A stretch of DNA of 64,000 nucleotides from Neoechinorhynchus agilis (Eukaryota; Animalia; Acanthocephala), in contig CM121341.1 of NCBI GenBank assembly GCA_051530055.1, positions 16,904,784-16,968,783 of the forward strand. Direction: 5' to 3'. This document shows, in pieces, positions 13,761 to 25,370 of this stretch (positions are counted from its first letter, which is position 1; each line of letters begins with the position of its first letter). A model generated the notes under the pieces. The model made no database searches. It was not told where the DNA came from and saw only the letters and a program-made list of their open reading frames with translations. The translations under genes were made by a program, and so were the position numbers.

Positions 13761-14168
13761 AACGAGCAAAATTTAACTAACTAATGAATTTAGTACGAAA
13801 TAGCGCAGAGGACGAAAGATAAGTGATTTTTAGATTATCCGCTACGGTATTCGTTAAATCACTATTGCAGTCAAATGCGACTAAATACATTGATTACTCG
13901 TCCATTATCAGACATACTTTTGCATCTGCGATCAATTTCATATTAAACGTCAATGTCAACAAAGCAACAATATATTTCAGTCTTAATGTGAAGTTTTCTT
14001 ATATAAAAATTTCGATAAAGGGTAGCTTGAAAAAAGTAAATAATACTGACGTATATATCGTGCTCCTTAATTTTACTCAAATCTAAGAATACCGGCGAAT
14101 GTTATTAATGATATTCCCAGAAGCTGCACATTTATTGAATGCTGGATGAATTCATATCCTTAATCCAA

Positions 14169-15781
14169 TCAAGAATAAACAGAAAATCGGAGCACTTCGA
14201 TTTTAGTGAGTAGCCAAAACTCACTCTCTGTGCATACCATTCCGATCACTTCATCGCCTTCAACTTTCCATAATTTCTGTATCGAAGATTGAGCCGAAAT
14301 CACTTTGTCCAAAAGACCCTTTGAATTTTTGTGATAATAAATATAAATCTGATTTGAAGAATCGCAAATCAGGGTAAATGAACCATTCGGTGAGCATTGA
14401 ACAAACTTTCTGCTTCTTTTTGATGCGGCGATATATCCGATCGCATTGAGAGTACATGAGTGTTCAAATAAACACTGGTCTTCAAGTCGCCAAACGATAC
14501 CGTCTAATCACGATCCTCCTTCTTAAAGATTTTGCAAGAAGGCGACTCATGTACATCATGGCGAAGACAAAAATATCCGCAGTTTAAAGGAAAAAGGAAA
14601 GCGTTATTTGTTAGTTGCACATTTGCCAAGACTGTTTTGTCGATGAGAGAGTAAACCTGTAGAAACGACTGATTTGAATCATCACCAAAGTCACATTCTT
14701 CAAGTTCTCCAACGTTATATAATGGACGTCTATCAAGACCAAGGAAGAGCTCTTCTTTACCGACAACTTCGACGCACGGATGACTGAGAAAACAGCAGTG
14801 CCAGTTAACGACATCGCGTTTTTTAAGAACAATTTCTTTACAATGCCCTATCGAAGTTATTGCGATCCCGTCAACTTCATGTTCAAGATTGGCTTTCAGA
14901 ATATTTTCGTTATATTGAATGGTAAGTGTTCTTGGAGAATCTAAGAGAACATTTGAAGCAAACTGCAGTTGAATCCAAACCGATTTTCCATCTTGCCACC
15001 AAACAACATCCTTATTTTCCGTCTCTTTCTCGTTTTTGTTTGAACATTCAAAGTGGAACATATCTCCCAGAATACACAGTTTATGGTTGCCAATGAAATG
15101 TACATAGTCGGGGACATGTTTGCCATTGAGTAAAAATTGAACATTCGCTTTGTGTCTCAATAAATCGCATTGATATATTGAAACAGATATACCGTCCTTA
15201 TCGTTTTCAGAGACAAGAGCAACACGAACGATGTTATCTTGACTGTAGACGGCATCAGCGAGTACGAAAAACGATGAACACTGGATAGAGACTGTTAATA
15301 ATTCGCCAAAATCTTCATTCAAAACTGAGAAATGACTAATGCCATCCGTCAAAACGGATTTATTTCCGGAAAGAGGCAGGTATTTGGCGGTAGTCGAATT
15401 GAATGAAAATGAATGAACACTGTTTAACTCACCTAACAAGAGATTGATTTCAATCAATTCCATTGAATCGGCCATGGGACAAAGAGCATAGCATCTTGCA
15501 GTATTGGTTGGATCGACGACTATTAAATTATCGACTTTGAGCGTAGATCACGATGAACTAAGATCAGCGTTCGAAGTTCATTTAGAAGAAAGATATCCAA
15601 AAGCGAGCTTTAAGTGATTGATTGACAGAACGGACGTTGTTTCAGGTGTAACGATTGGACAAACTGGTAGAGGTATTCGTTGACGAAGGACTAAATTGCC
15701 CTCGCTCGAGTTACAGCTTAGTCTATAGGTTTCGAATTTTGGACACATAAGTTCACGCTTTAGGCAAAGTTCAGTTAACAT
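14169..15781 (-). CDS. NUDCD1: NudC domain-containing protein 1 (~505 aa) in three segments separated by two non-GT-AG interruptions (14505-14551; 15544-15582 or 15543-15596)
   Basis: N-terminus LCLKRELMCPKFETYRLS, CS-domain WWQDGKSVWIQLQF, ELEECD, LRHDV. In another frame after 14504: DGIVW..TLNAIGYIAASK..TGA at 14169, matching the recalled NudCD1 motifs HDVDALLW and FNALGYVQASK. No other lesions seen. Confidence 0.85.
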
Positions 15782-16439
15782 TGATTTACCACAAAATCTA
15801 TAAAATGATAGATTTTATTATTTAAAGACCTCATCGAACGACACGATTGTTAGACATTGATGGGACGAGTAAGATTTAACTTCGCAAAATGCATACTTCT
15901 GTATCCTAGGCGCTTTTGATGGATCGTTTAATAAGTTTGAAGTTTAAATCGATTAAAAGAATTAATCAGCCTTTGTTTCCGTCTATGTAGTACAAAAATG
16001 CAAATTTCGTTGTGTGCAAGTCTCCCGACTTTCCATATTTTCAAGTCTCTAAGGACGATTACATTACTTACTTACAAATGAGTCTCGCATCCTCGGGGGT
16101 TTCTGATGATCCGGAGGGATGCGTACAGACTCATAACCTCATAGTCCAGGGGAATTAAGTGATTTTATGCGCTTAACCTGGATGCTGGAACACAATATGC
16201 AGACGGAAACTTGCCCGACCAAAACGAGCCAAGTGAAGAGAACAAAGTCAATGTGATTGTTTCAACTTCATCAGGCAAGGGCGGAGCTTCTCAAGAGGCT
16301 TCTGTGACGTTTGCGATGGGATTTTCTCCCTGACGAAAACAGGAGTTCTTAGGGTCCATGGACCCCGTAATTCACGCTGCGGCGGTCGCCAGAATCCCCT
16401 CACGACATCACCCGTACAAAATGAAATTCCATTAAAAAG

Positions 16440-18480
16440 TCCCTAAAACCTAAAATGTTATTTCAACTCAAGAATGATATATTTGTAATAAAAATAATTA
16501 CTATTAGGAACCCGCTTTAGTCCATTAATCCATCAGCAGCCGAAATACTTTTCATAGCGAATTTTTATGTCGTGCCTAGGAAAGTCAGCTGCTTTATAAA
16601 GAATCACATAAATATAATTACTTTATGGGACCCTGACATCATCTGTGGTGATTTTAACAGCAATGACCTTTCTGCTTTTATTTCCTTTTTCAGGGAATAT
16701 CAAGTGCTCCTCTCTGAGTATCCATCCTTTTATAATTATACTAAGAACCGTCATTCCTTTTTGGACGGAGCTTTTATCAAAAAAGCGATTGCGTCTAATT
16801 TTTGTCCTATCATCCAAACTCAATCTCAACAATATTTAGGACATGATTTAATTTTATTCGAAGTCGATCGAATTAAACCTAGAAGTCGTCTTGAGGTCAA
16901 TACTTGATCCATTCAAGAATTTAATTCTCAAATATACTCACTCTTATCATCCAACAACACTATTACTTTAACAAACTGAAATAATATAATTATTACTGCT
17001 ATGAATACTCATCTCACTAAATGTCGTTTTATTAAGAGATACTTTATATCTAAACAAGCAATTTTTTTTATAAATATTCTATACTTGCCAATTTGAGAAA
17101 TGATGTGATCCTCCAGAAGGATGCTATTTCCAAATTCTTTTCTAGAGTGTATTATGATTCTCATGCTCGGGATAAAAAGCGACTTTTATCCGTCCCAGCG
17201 TTCACTAAAGAATTTTGGAATATATTACCTAAGCGGAGATTTATGCACAATTTCTTACCCAGCAATAATCGAACAAATTCTTAATGCTCACACGTTCTTT
17301 GCCTTCCTGCACCCACCTTTGCCCATCTTCACTGATAAACATTTTAGTTAGAATTTCACTACTGCCGAGCTTCTAAAATTCTGGAAAATTAATCCTTCTA
17401 GGACAAATAACTTTTCTAGTCCCCCCTTAATTTTTTCACTAGTTTCCGAATTGAATAAGATCCCTTTCTCTGAAAAATTCTACAACAAAATCAATATAAA
17501 TAACTTAGTTGAGATGAATATTGCCAGGAAAATTATTATCCCCAAAGTTAAATCAAAAATTAGTACCCCTTCTCACATACGGATGATCGTCATACAAAAT
17601 CCAATAATCTCCTTCTTCGAAGAAATCATCAATTTCAGACTGCAAAAAATTATTCCCCCGTCTTTTCGTGGCTTCATTCCAGGTCGTGGTGTTCACCCAT
17701 TTTTTACTGAATTACACTCCCTTAATGAAAAATACGTGAATGTAAATAAATTTTTAATTTTAGTGGATTTGAGTAAAGCATTCGACTCAATCGATAGACG
17801 ACTATTGTATTAAGCTCGCTATTTTTTTAAAGTTCCAATGAATCTAATTCATAAAATAAATAATCTTATGAAAACTATGTTTATTATGACATAGAGCCTG
17901 GCACCCTGGCCGTACTCGTTTTGCCCCTACTCTGTTTCTAATTGTAATTATATACCTTTTTAAGAACATTGTGGCTAAATCAAAATCGGTCTACCCTCTG
18001 ATTTATGAAGATGACATTTTTATCTTTTGTAAACACAAAAGTAGGACTTTCCTCTTAAATCATAGATTTCTTTTTAATAAGATTACAGAATGGCCTCAAG
18101 GAAGGTAATTTAGTCGTTAATCCATCAAAAACAGTTATGCCAAGACTTACAAAATCTTACTTCTCTAGGGCTCAATTGAAAAAAGATCTGGCTTCGCATT
18201 CAACATTTTCAGTTTTTTTAACCAAGAGACAACGGAATACTTGGCATAGATTTTCAATCAAATAGGCAACGTTTTTTAATTAATTCCTCGCTCTCTGGAA
18301 TACTTTATAAAGCAAGAAATCTTTTGAATCATATGCTTCGCCTTGGGCTCACTTTTAATTATATTTATAGAATTTTAATTACGCTTTTAGGAGATTCATT
18401 TTGCTGCTTTGCAAGGGGACGTCCTCCTGAATTTCGATTGGCCTTTTTCAATCATTTCATTAAAAATTGAAGAACATTTT
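16440..18480 (+). mobile_element. Decayed non-LTR retrotransposon (compact APE-RT LINE family, copy 3), ORF2 only
   Basis: APE motifs ICGDFNS, FLDGAFI, LGHDLILF; RT motifs IQNPII, VDLSKAFDSID, YEDDIFIF; C-terminal ARGRPPEFRL similar to GRGRPPDMRL in copy 2. Confidence 0.85.
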
Positions 18481-18639
18481 AGAAAGGTATTCGTTCCCAA
18501 ATCGAAGTCTCCTATCGGCCTTACACGGTATTTTTTGACAAAAATCTTGTATTATTCCCCCAACTTTCAAACCAATAAATTTTAATTTTTTAACAATGAA
18601 ATTTATTTAATCTCTTTGCCGCAACAACGTCCGCCGCGC

Positions 18640-20500
18640 CGGCTGTTTCGCTCGCTGGCGAGGGGGGGTGTGCAGTCCCCAATGCAAATCGGTCAAATGC
18701 AATGTTTGTCTTCGTGACTTCAAACCCATTCTCAGTGGTCTCGTCCGCTCCCACGGTCAACATGGGTCGCATTGCCCTGGATCCAGAAAACCGCCAACTC
18801 AGCCTGTCTCTCCGTCTTCATCCAATCCAACCGAACTCACAATTGTGGTCACAGACACGAATGGCCCACCTCCAGTACTGATCGAGATGCTTTCACACTG
18901 TACCCGAATGATTAGACGAATCCCGCGAGGCGCCAGGTCCTCCGTAGCCTCCAAATTAGCATGCCTGATCGAGTGCATCCTCGCGTTTCCGAAGGCCGTC
19001 TTACGTGTTCCCACACAAACATCTGAAGCCAACGAGAATCAATCGCTTAGCCAAAAGATTCGCAACAGGTCCGACGCTTTCGAGTCATTTCAGCAAGTCG
19101 ATCATCTTGGATGGCAGAGCCATCGCCGTAATGCTCCTCACGACCCGGGCTCTCAAATCCGCGCAAAATGCTCCGAGAAGCTGGAAGACGGCGATCTGAG
19201 GGGTGCCGTTCGACTTGTAAGCGAAACGGACCGCCTACTCGCGCCGAACAAGGACATCCTCGACTCCTTAAAATTGAAGCACCCTCCATACAGACGGAGT
19301 TGCTTCAAGCCAAATTATGATCCGTCGTTCACAGAGCCCGACCGCGACCCCCTCATACCCATTACAGTCTCCACCGTCACTTTCGCTCTGATATCCTTTT
19401 CGCTACCGTCAGCTGGAGGGCATGATGATTTGAGCCCTAGACACTTAGGGGATTTGACCTGTTTCTCTTTAGGAGCTCAAGGTACGCGATTGCTGAACGC
19501 AATCACCGAGCTCGCACGCGTAATCATTCGCGGTTCCGTACCTCCTCCAGACGCTCGTCTACTCTGCGGTGCCAAGCTGATCGCTTTCACAAAAAAGGTG
19601 GAGGGTTCGTCCGATTGCCGTTGGTTGTACCTTCCGTCGACTGGCATCCAAAGTCGCGTGTCAGTTCGCCACCGATCGATTGATCGATCAACTCTTGCCG
19701 GTTCAATTAGGAGTCGGAGTTCCTGCTGGAGCCGAGGCGGTCGTTCCAACGGAAACAAACTCCCAAAAACGTTGGACTGCCTTGCTTCACACTGCGTATT
19801 ATCAGCAGCTTCTTAACTCATGCTCATCTCCCACCGATAGAGCTCGTCCCCTGGCAGTCTCAGCTCCACACTCCAGCGACTTCTTGAAGACTTTCCCGAT
19901 CACGGCTGTTGGCACGAGGCTGGATGGCCAAGCCATCACCGTCGCTGTGGGACTTCGGTTGGGCATGTCGGTGCGGTGGGACAGTGAATAGGTCGGGAAC
20001 TCACGGCCTTGACTGCAAGCGTTCAAATGCTCGCCACGCAAGGCACTCAGCAGTCAACCGCATAATCAAGGAAGTCCTCTCGACGGTCGGTTTTCCCGCT
20101 CGACTCGAACAAGTCGAACTTTCCCGGAACGACGGTAGCCTGATGGAGTGACTTTCCTTCCATGGTGCTCCGGGAAAATACTGGTTTGGGATTTTACTTG
20201 CCCCAACACGTGCGCAGCATCCCATTTACGGGATGCCACCTCAAAAGCAGGAGCAGTCGCCAGCTTCAGCGAGGAAAAGAAGCGGCATAAGTACTCCTCG
20301 CTCGATGGGCATCAATATATGTTCATCCCGATTGCGGTGGAAACACTGGTATGCCTCGGAAATGAAGCCGATTATTTCCTTTCTCGACTGGGAAGATGCT
20401 AAAACATGCCACCGGCGACATGCGCTCCAGCAGCTTCCTGCTGCAGCGAATCAACGCGGCAATGCCGCGGCCATCAAGGAAGCTGCCGAACAATCATAAC
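18640..20500 (+). mobile_element. CRE-like (RLE-endonuclease) non-LTR element, internally deleted
   Basis: N-terminal CNVC..HG..C finger, RRIPRGAR, RLLCGAKLIAFTKK, QLGVGVPAGAEA, AVGLRLG, PWCSGKILVWDFTCPNT, IPIAVETL and a C-terminal RGNAAAI motif; central RT missing. Confidence 0.85.
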
Positions 20501-21379
20501 GTATGGGTAATGCCGATTTGGAAAGAATAATTGGATTATAGAAAAAAATCGGAATTTCGCATAAAAACTTTTCTGTCTCTTTAAAAGCGAGAGCACTAAA
20601 CATCAAGCCTGATCATATTCTGATAAAACTTAATCCCACCAAAAAGCTTGACTTTTATATTTTATTTACTAATTTAATTCAAAAAGACAAACTGGAAATT
20701 ATTCTGTAATTGAGTCCTTATTTTAGACCAGTAAACAGGTTAGTTTTTTCTATGGAGGGAAAGGAGGAGTCCGGGGAGTATTGAGATCTACTCTGACTCG
20801 AGACTTTTCCTTTCACTTCCTACTATTAACCCAGGCATAATTTAATCGAATAAACTTTAATTAGAAAAATCTATCAGCTTTTTCTTAGTTTCTAGAGCGC
20901 TGCAAGTGCTTCAGCCGTACACTTATTTGAATGGAAAACGTTTTGCTTATCAAACTGATGATATACTCGACAAGGTGCGAAACGTCTGTAATAAAACGTT
21001 CTCTATCGGGTAAAGATCTAGATAGCAAATTTTATCAATTTTGCCGGCACCTCACACATATTCACTCTTTAATGTGTTGCGAAATCCAATTTTAAATTAA
21101 ATAAAAGGGGCAAATATTGAATAAAAATAAATTCGAAAGTAAACTAATTTACCGGGCTAATTGTTTCCACCTTAATACGTCTGAGAAACTTTTAATTCGT
21201 ATTTGAATGAATAAATAATTGATGAATAGTACAGCTGACTGGCGAGTCTCGTTGTTTAACGCTTGCACGATTTGCTCAATACGGTATCCGAGAAATACCT
21301 CATTTCCCCAAGAAATAATCTTCATATAGCTATAAAGAGTCTCTACAATCATGTTTTGTTTTTAAATTGAAAGAAAATC

Positions 21380-22170
21380 TTTATTTTCAAGCTTTCGCCG
21401 GCTTACAGATTAATCAGGAATCTAAGAAGTCGCGTGGAGATGTAAAGTGTGTTAAAGAAGCGACATCGAAGCGGAAAGTTTGTCCCGCCTCTTAGGCAGC
21501 TCTGGGGCTTTGTTGAGCTTATGTTCAGGACTCCTCCTCGCATTGTCTGCAGAAACACCATCCTTTTGCCTCCAAACCGCCCGGGATATAGGTAATGCCC
21601 CGGCGATAGATAGTTCCACCAAGTCTTTGCCCACAAACCCAACTCACGTGGAGAGTTTTAATTCTCCGTCGTTGTGGTATTCTGAGTAGGGTTTTGCCCA
21701 TGGCGTGGTTGTGATTTTGGGTCCGGCTTAAGTGCGTCTCGAACGTGTTTCATCAAACGTTGATTCAAAAGGCCGTTCAGTTTTCCCGATGTAGATGACA
21801 CCGCGATTTTCATAAGGCGAACATCGTTCGCTGCTTGGCATGTTTCCGGCGCTCCTTATGTCCAATTCTCGTCAGGATTCGCGTAAGTGTAGGCGCACTT
21901 CTGTGGAGGTATCCTGAGAATCGGTTTTCCTCCATATCGATTGTGTGAACGATCATCTTTTCGTTTCACCTCTTTTACACCGCTGCTGGGACCGCATGAT
22001 ATCGTTATGTGTATATCCATTATCCGCGAAAATTTCGTTCACCCTGTCTATCGCAATCGTTTCTCCGTTAATGACGATGAGCAAACCAGCGCTGTCCTTA
22101 ACATCTCAGCATAAATTGCCTGTTTCATTACTTGAGGATGATGGGAATCTCGATGCATGGCTTTATTTTA
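21380..22170 (-). mobile_element. Penelope-like element fragment, same family as 54480-55640
   Basis: 21880-21960 is the reverse complement of ~55135-55210 with few mismatches. Confidence 0.7.
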
Positions 22171-22179
22171 CGGCTTAAT

Positions 22180-22260
22180 AATAACACGTTTTATTTGTTG
22201 ATGCACAAAGAACAAGACCCATGTACCTTTGGGTCCTCATAAACACTCGAGTTCTGATTG
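22180..22260 (-). mobile_element. CR1/L2-like LINE 3' terminus (stem-loop + ATT tail)
   Basis: Reverse complement of GGACCCAAAGGTACATGGGTC followed by AATAAAACGTGTTATTATT; same motif at 30711-30732 and 60116-60137. Confidence 0.75.
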
Positions 22261-22663
22261 GAAAATGAAATTGGCGATTGGTGACGATTGTTTGCTCAAG
22301 TTTGTGCCGAAATATCGGACTACATAAATTCCTTAAATTTTTCCGTCAGAAACAAACATGAACAATTCAATTTTCAAAACTTATATGTCGATTGAGCCGT
22401 AAAATTGATGGCAAACAATTAATGAGGCTCGAAAAGTAGTTTTTGAAAAATATTAATTGTCGGTAATATCTGTGATTCACGTGAGCATGTGAGCCCCATG
22501 TCCCTTTTATAGAGATATGTAATAAGCGTTTGCTGATTGGCTAGTTTTAATTTAGGCGGCTAAACACGTGATGTAACGATACATGGTCAGGGAGCGTTAT
22601 ACTCGCTTATTCCACGGTATCTATCGATCGAAATATCTATCTCATCAGCATTAGCTTTCAAGA

Positions 22664-24107
22664 ATGCCCCAGCAACACAAATTCGACTTGAGATCCCATG
22701 ACGTAAGTTTTTCGGAAACTTCCATCTCCTACCTAATAAAAAATTTCTTGCTAGGATTTCATTAGATTTCTCAAAAAATTCAATACGGAAATGCTAGTTC
22801 TCGGCAAAATACCAGATTATTCAACTCTTTATATTTCAGAACCTAAGGAAGGTGAATCCATATTTCAAGCACAGACACTATCATTCAGTGAAGAGGATTG
22901 CGTGGAAACTATTACTCAATATATTCACTGCGCTGCAGCACTTAATGTCCTTGAAAGCGTTTTATCATTGTTAGAAGAAGAAACTGATTTGAGTGCGACA
23001 CCCACGACTGAACATGAAAATGCTACAACCAATATTGAATCTACAGAATCGCAATCAATTCAAACAAGCACTATTTCGGTCGCTGAAGTGGTTCTTCAAC
23101 CAATAGTTCAAACGCCGCAATCCCATAATTCTACTTTGGGTAATCGACGAAAGAGTAAGAAAAGAAGCGTTAAAGAAGACGATGATGGTTTCGTGAATAT
23201 GCTCAAATGCCCATTGTGTGAAAAAACTTTCAATAGTATCGAAGCTCTACGTGTGCATTTTGGACCAATGCATATTAATGAAAGCTATAAATGTAATCGA
23301 GAAAATTGCTTCAGGATCTTCAATGAAAGACGATCACGCGAACGTCACAGCATGATTCCAAGAGACGATGTCCACTTAGATTCTCCTAAGCTCAGAGCAG
23401 AAATGGAGCTGCGAAATATAATTACGCCGTCTAACAAATCAAAGGCTAAAGAGGAATTGGGCAAACTTATCAAGATCAAACCGCTCGAGGTTTTGAGATT
23501 GCCAAAAAAATCCAGGAAATCAAGCGATGCTAAAGAATCTACAGAATCGCAATCAATTCAAACAAGCACTATTTCGGTCGCTGAAGTGATTATTCAACCA
23601 ATAGTTCAAACGCCGCAATCCCATAATTCTACTTTGGGTAATCGACGAAAGAGTAAGAAAAGAAGCGTTAAAGAAGACGATGATCGTTTCGTGAATGTGC
23701 TCAAATGCCCATTGTGCGAAAAAACTTTCAATAGTATCGAAGCTCTACGTGTGCATTTTGGACCAATGCATATTAATGAAAGCTATAAATGTAATCGAGA
23801 AAATTGCTCCAGGATCTTCAATGAAAGACGATCACGCGAACGTCACAGCGCGAATCCAAGAGACGATGTCCACTTAGATTCTCCTAAGCTCAGGGCAGAA
23901 ATGGAGCTGCGAAATATAATTACGCCGTCCAACAAATCAAAGGCTAAGGAGGAATTGGACAAACTTATCAAGATTAAAGCGCTCGAGGTTTTGAGATTGC
24001 CGAAAAATTCCAGAAAATCAAGCGATGCTAAAGAAGAATGTGAAATTCACGAGAACAATGACCCCCAAAACGAAAATGCAAATTCCAATGATGAAAAAGA
24101 TCAATAA
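22664..24107 (+). CDS. disconnected/basonuclin-like zinc-finger protein, copy 2 (two finger pairs through a 498-bp internal tandem duplication)
   Basis: Near-identical to copy 1 plus in-frame duplicated unit 23037-23534 / 23535-24032; same predicted exon 1 (22664-22702). Confidence 0.85.
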
Positions 24108-24584
24108 AAATAAATAACTTGTAAAAAATATTTGTAAGGATTTAATTTCTATGGGAAAGTTAGACTTGGTGTAATTTTTACACATAACCGATTTTTAGAG
24201 TTGCGAATTATGTTTAACACATCAATGATTCGATCTATTGATCAATCCGCTATATTTATGAGCACATTATAAATTTTGATTGCACGCTGCACTAATGACT
24301 TTTATTGAACGATAAATATTATAGTTCCTAATTATCTTTAATTATATATATCTATGTCTTTATTTGAACTGTGTCCATAAATTTTCTTCTAATTGAGTTA
24401 ATTATTGTGAGTTTAAGATATGTTGACGTTTTCGATGAAATATAAATAAAAATCCGATATCCAAATTTTAAAACTGAATTAACAAACGAGCCACAACGGT
24501 ATGATTTGGGCGATTTGCTCAGGAGAGCAATATTTAAGGGTTTAAAAAATACGATTGAAAAGGAAAACCGCAAATATAACCAGT

Positions 24585-24948
24585 TGGTGGATTGTCGACT
24601 GATTTCTTAACCGCATGTTATCTATCCTCTTCGATTGTCATTGAGTACTTTAAGCGGTTGAAAACAAATTTATTTTCGACCGATATTTCGGAGTTTTACT
24701 CCTTCAGGACCCTGAGAAATACACGCGATCTACAAAGATTGAGTTAGAAAAAGGTCAATGAGAAATAAACTATCTTGTTCCAACGATTTTAACTGGGTTT
24801 GCAGTGTATTTGATCATGTCGACAAAAATCGGTTCGCTCAAACGCATCTTGATCAACTCGTGGATTGTCGACTGACTTCTTAACCGCATGTTATGCTTTT
24901 CGATTGTCATTAAGCAATTTAAGCGGTTGAAAACAAATTTATTTTCGA
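24585..24948 (-). mobile_element. PLE pseudo-LTR / ORF-start fragment
   Basis: ~90-bp direct repeat (24588-24678 / 24863-24948). Encodes MRLRSQSTIHELIKMRLSEPIF, similar to MRLNNQAALSNLIDMRMDSPIF in the 33785-34573 unit. Degenerate hammerhead at ~24678-24715. Confidence 0.7.
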
Positions 24949-25319
24949 GCGATTGACGAAATGGTGAAATACACTGCGAACAGCGTGGCTGGGATGGTTC
25001 GGAAAAACGAGAAGGTCTTTAAAACATTCCTTGACGCCAACAACGAGACGGTCAAAGGTTTTTTGAACGAAACCACTGGACGTAAGAATTTGAACAATAC
25101 TATCCGAAACATGCTTAATCGGATGGTACTTCTGCTTATGGAGACGTTCTTTTGAAAGCTCAATCAATTTTGAATTTAAATTATACCAAGCATCGTTAAC
25201 CGAATACCAGCGACGATTAATTTCCAATGAAGCGACCGTACCAAGAAATCGCTCAAAGTAAATCACCAAAGAAAGTCGAAACTGCGATAGCGAAAGATAA
25301 ATACGCGATTAATCGCCAT
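24949..25319 (-). pseudogene. FARS2: 5' part of mitochondrial phenylalanyl-tRNA synthetase, truncated by a PLE fragment
   Basis: DAWYNLNSKLIELSKERLHKQKYHPI...VVGVKECFKDLLVFPNHPS...FVNR aligns to the recalled FARS2 N-terminus (NLHNQQHHPL...[21 protein letters not shown]...YYLNR). ATG at 25319 joins this frame through a 23-nt GT-AG intron (25282-25304). The remainder of the gene is not found in the window. Confidence 0.7.
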
Positions 25320-25370
25320 GGAAGAATTCCAAAATTTTGTGGAAGAGGTGAGCGTTCATTTTTCTTAAAG

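Noticed and set aside
15546-15581. TGA recoding (Trp/Sec/Cys) to read through the two in-frame TGAs in NudCD1
   Set aside because: RPS23, COX6A and NudCD1 itself end in TGA at their expected C-termini, the read-through peptide would be an insertion relative to homologues, and the other two interruptions shift frame.
25227-25370. 184-aa COX6A with long N-terminal extension
   Set aside because: The extension overlaps the antisense FARS2 coding sequence; the second ATG gives a normal-sized precursor.
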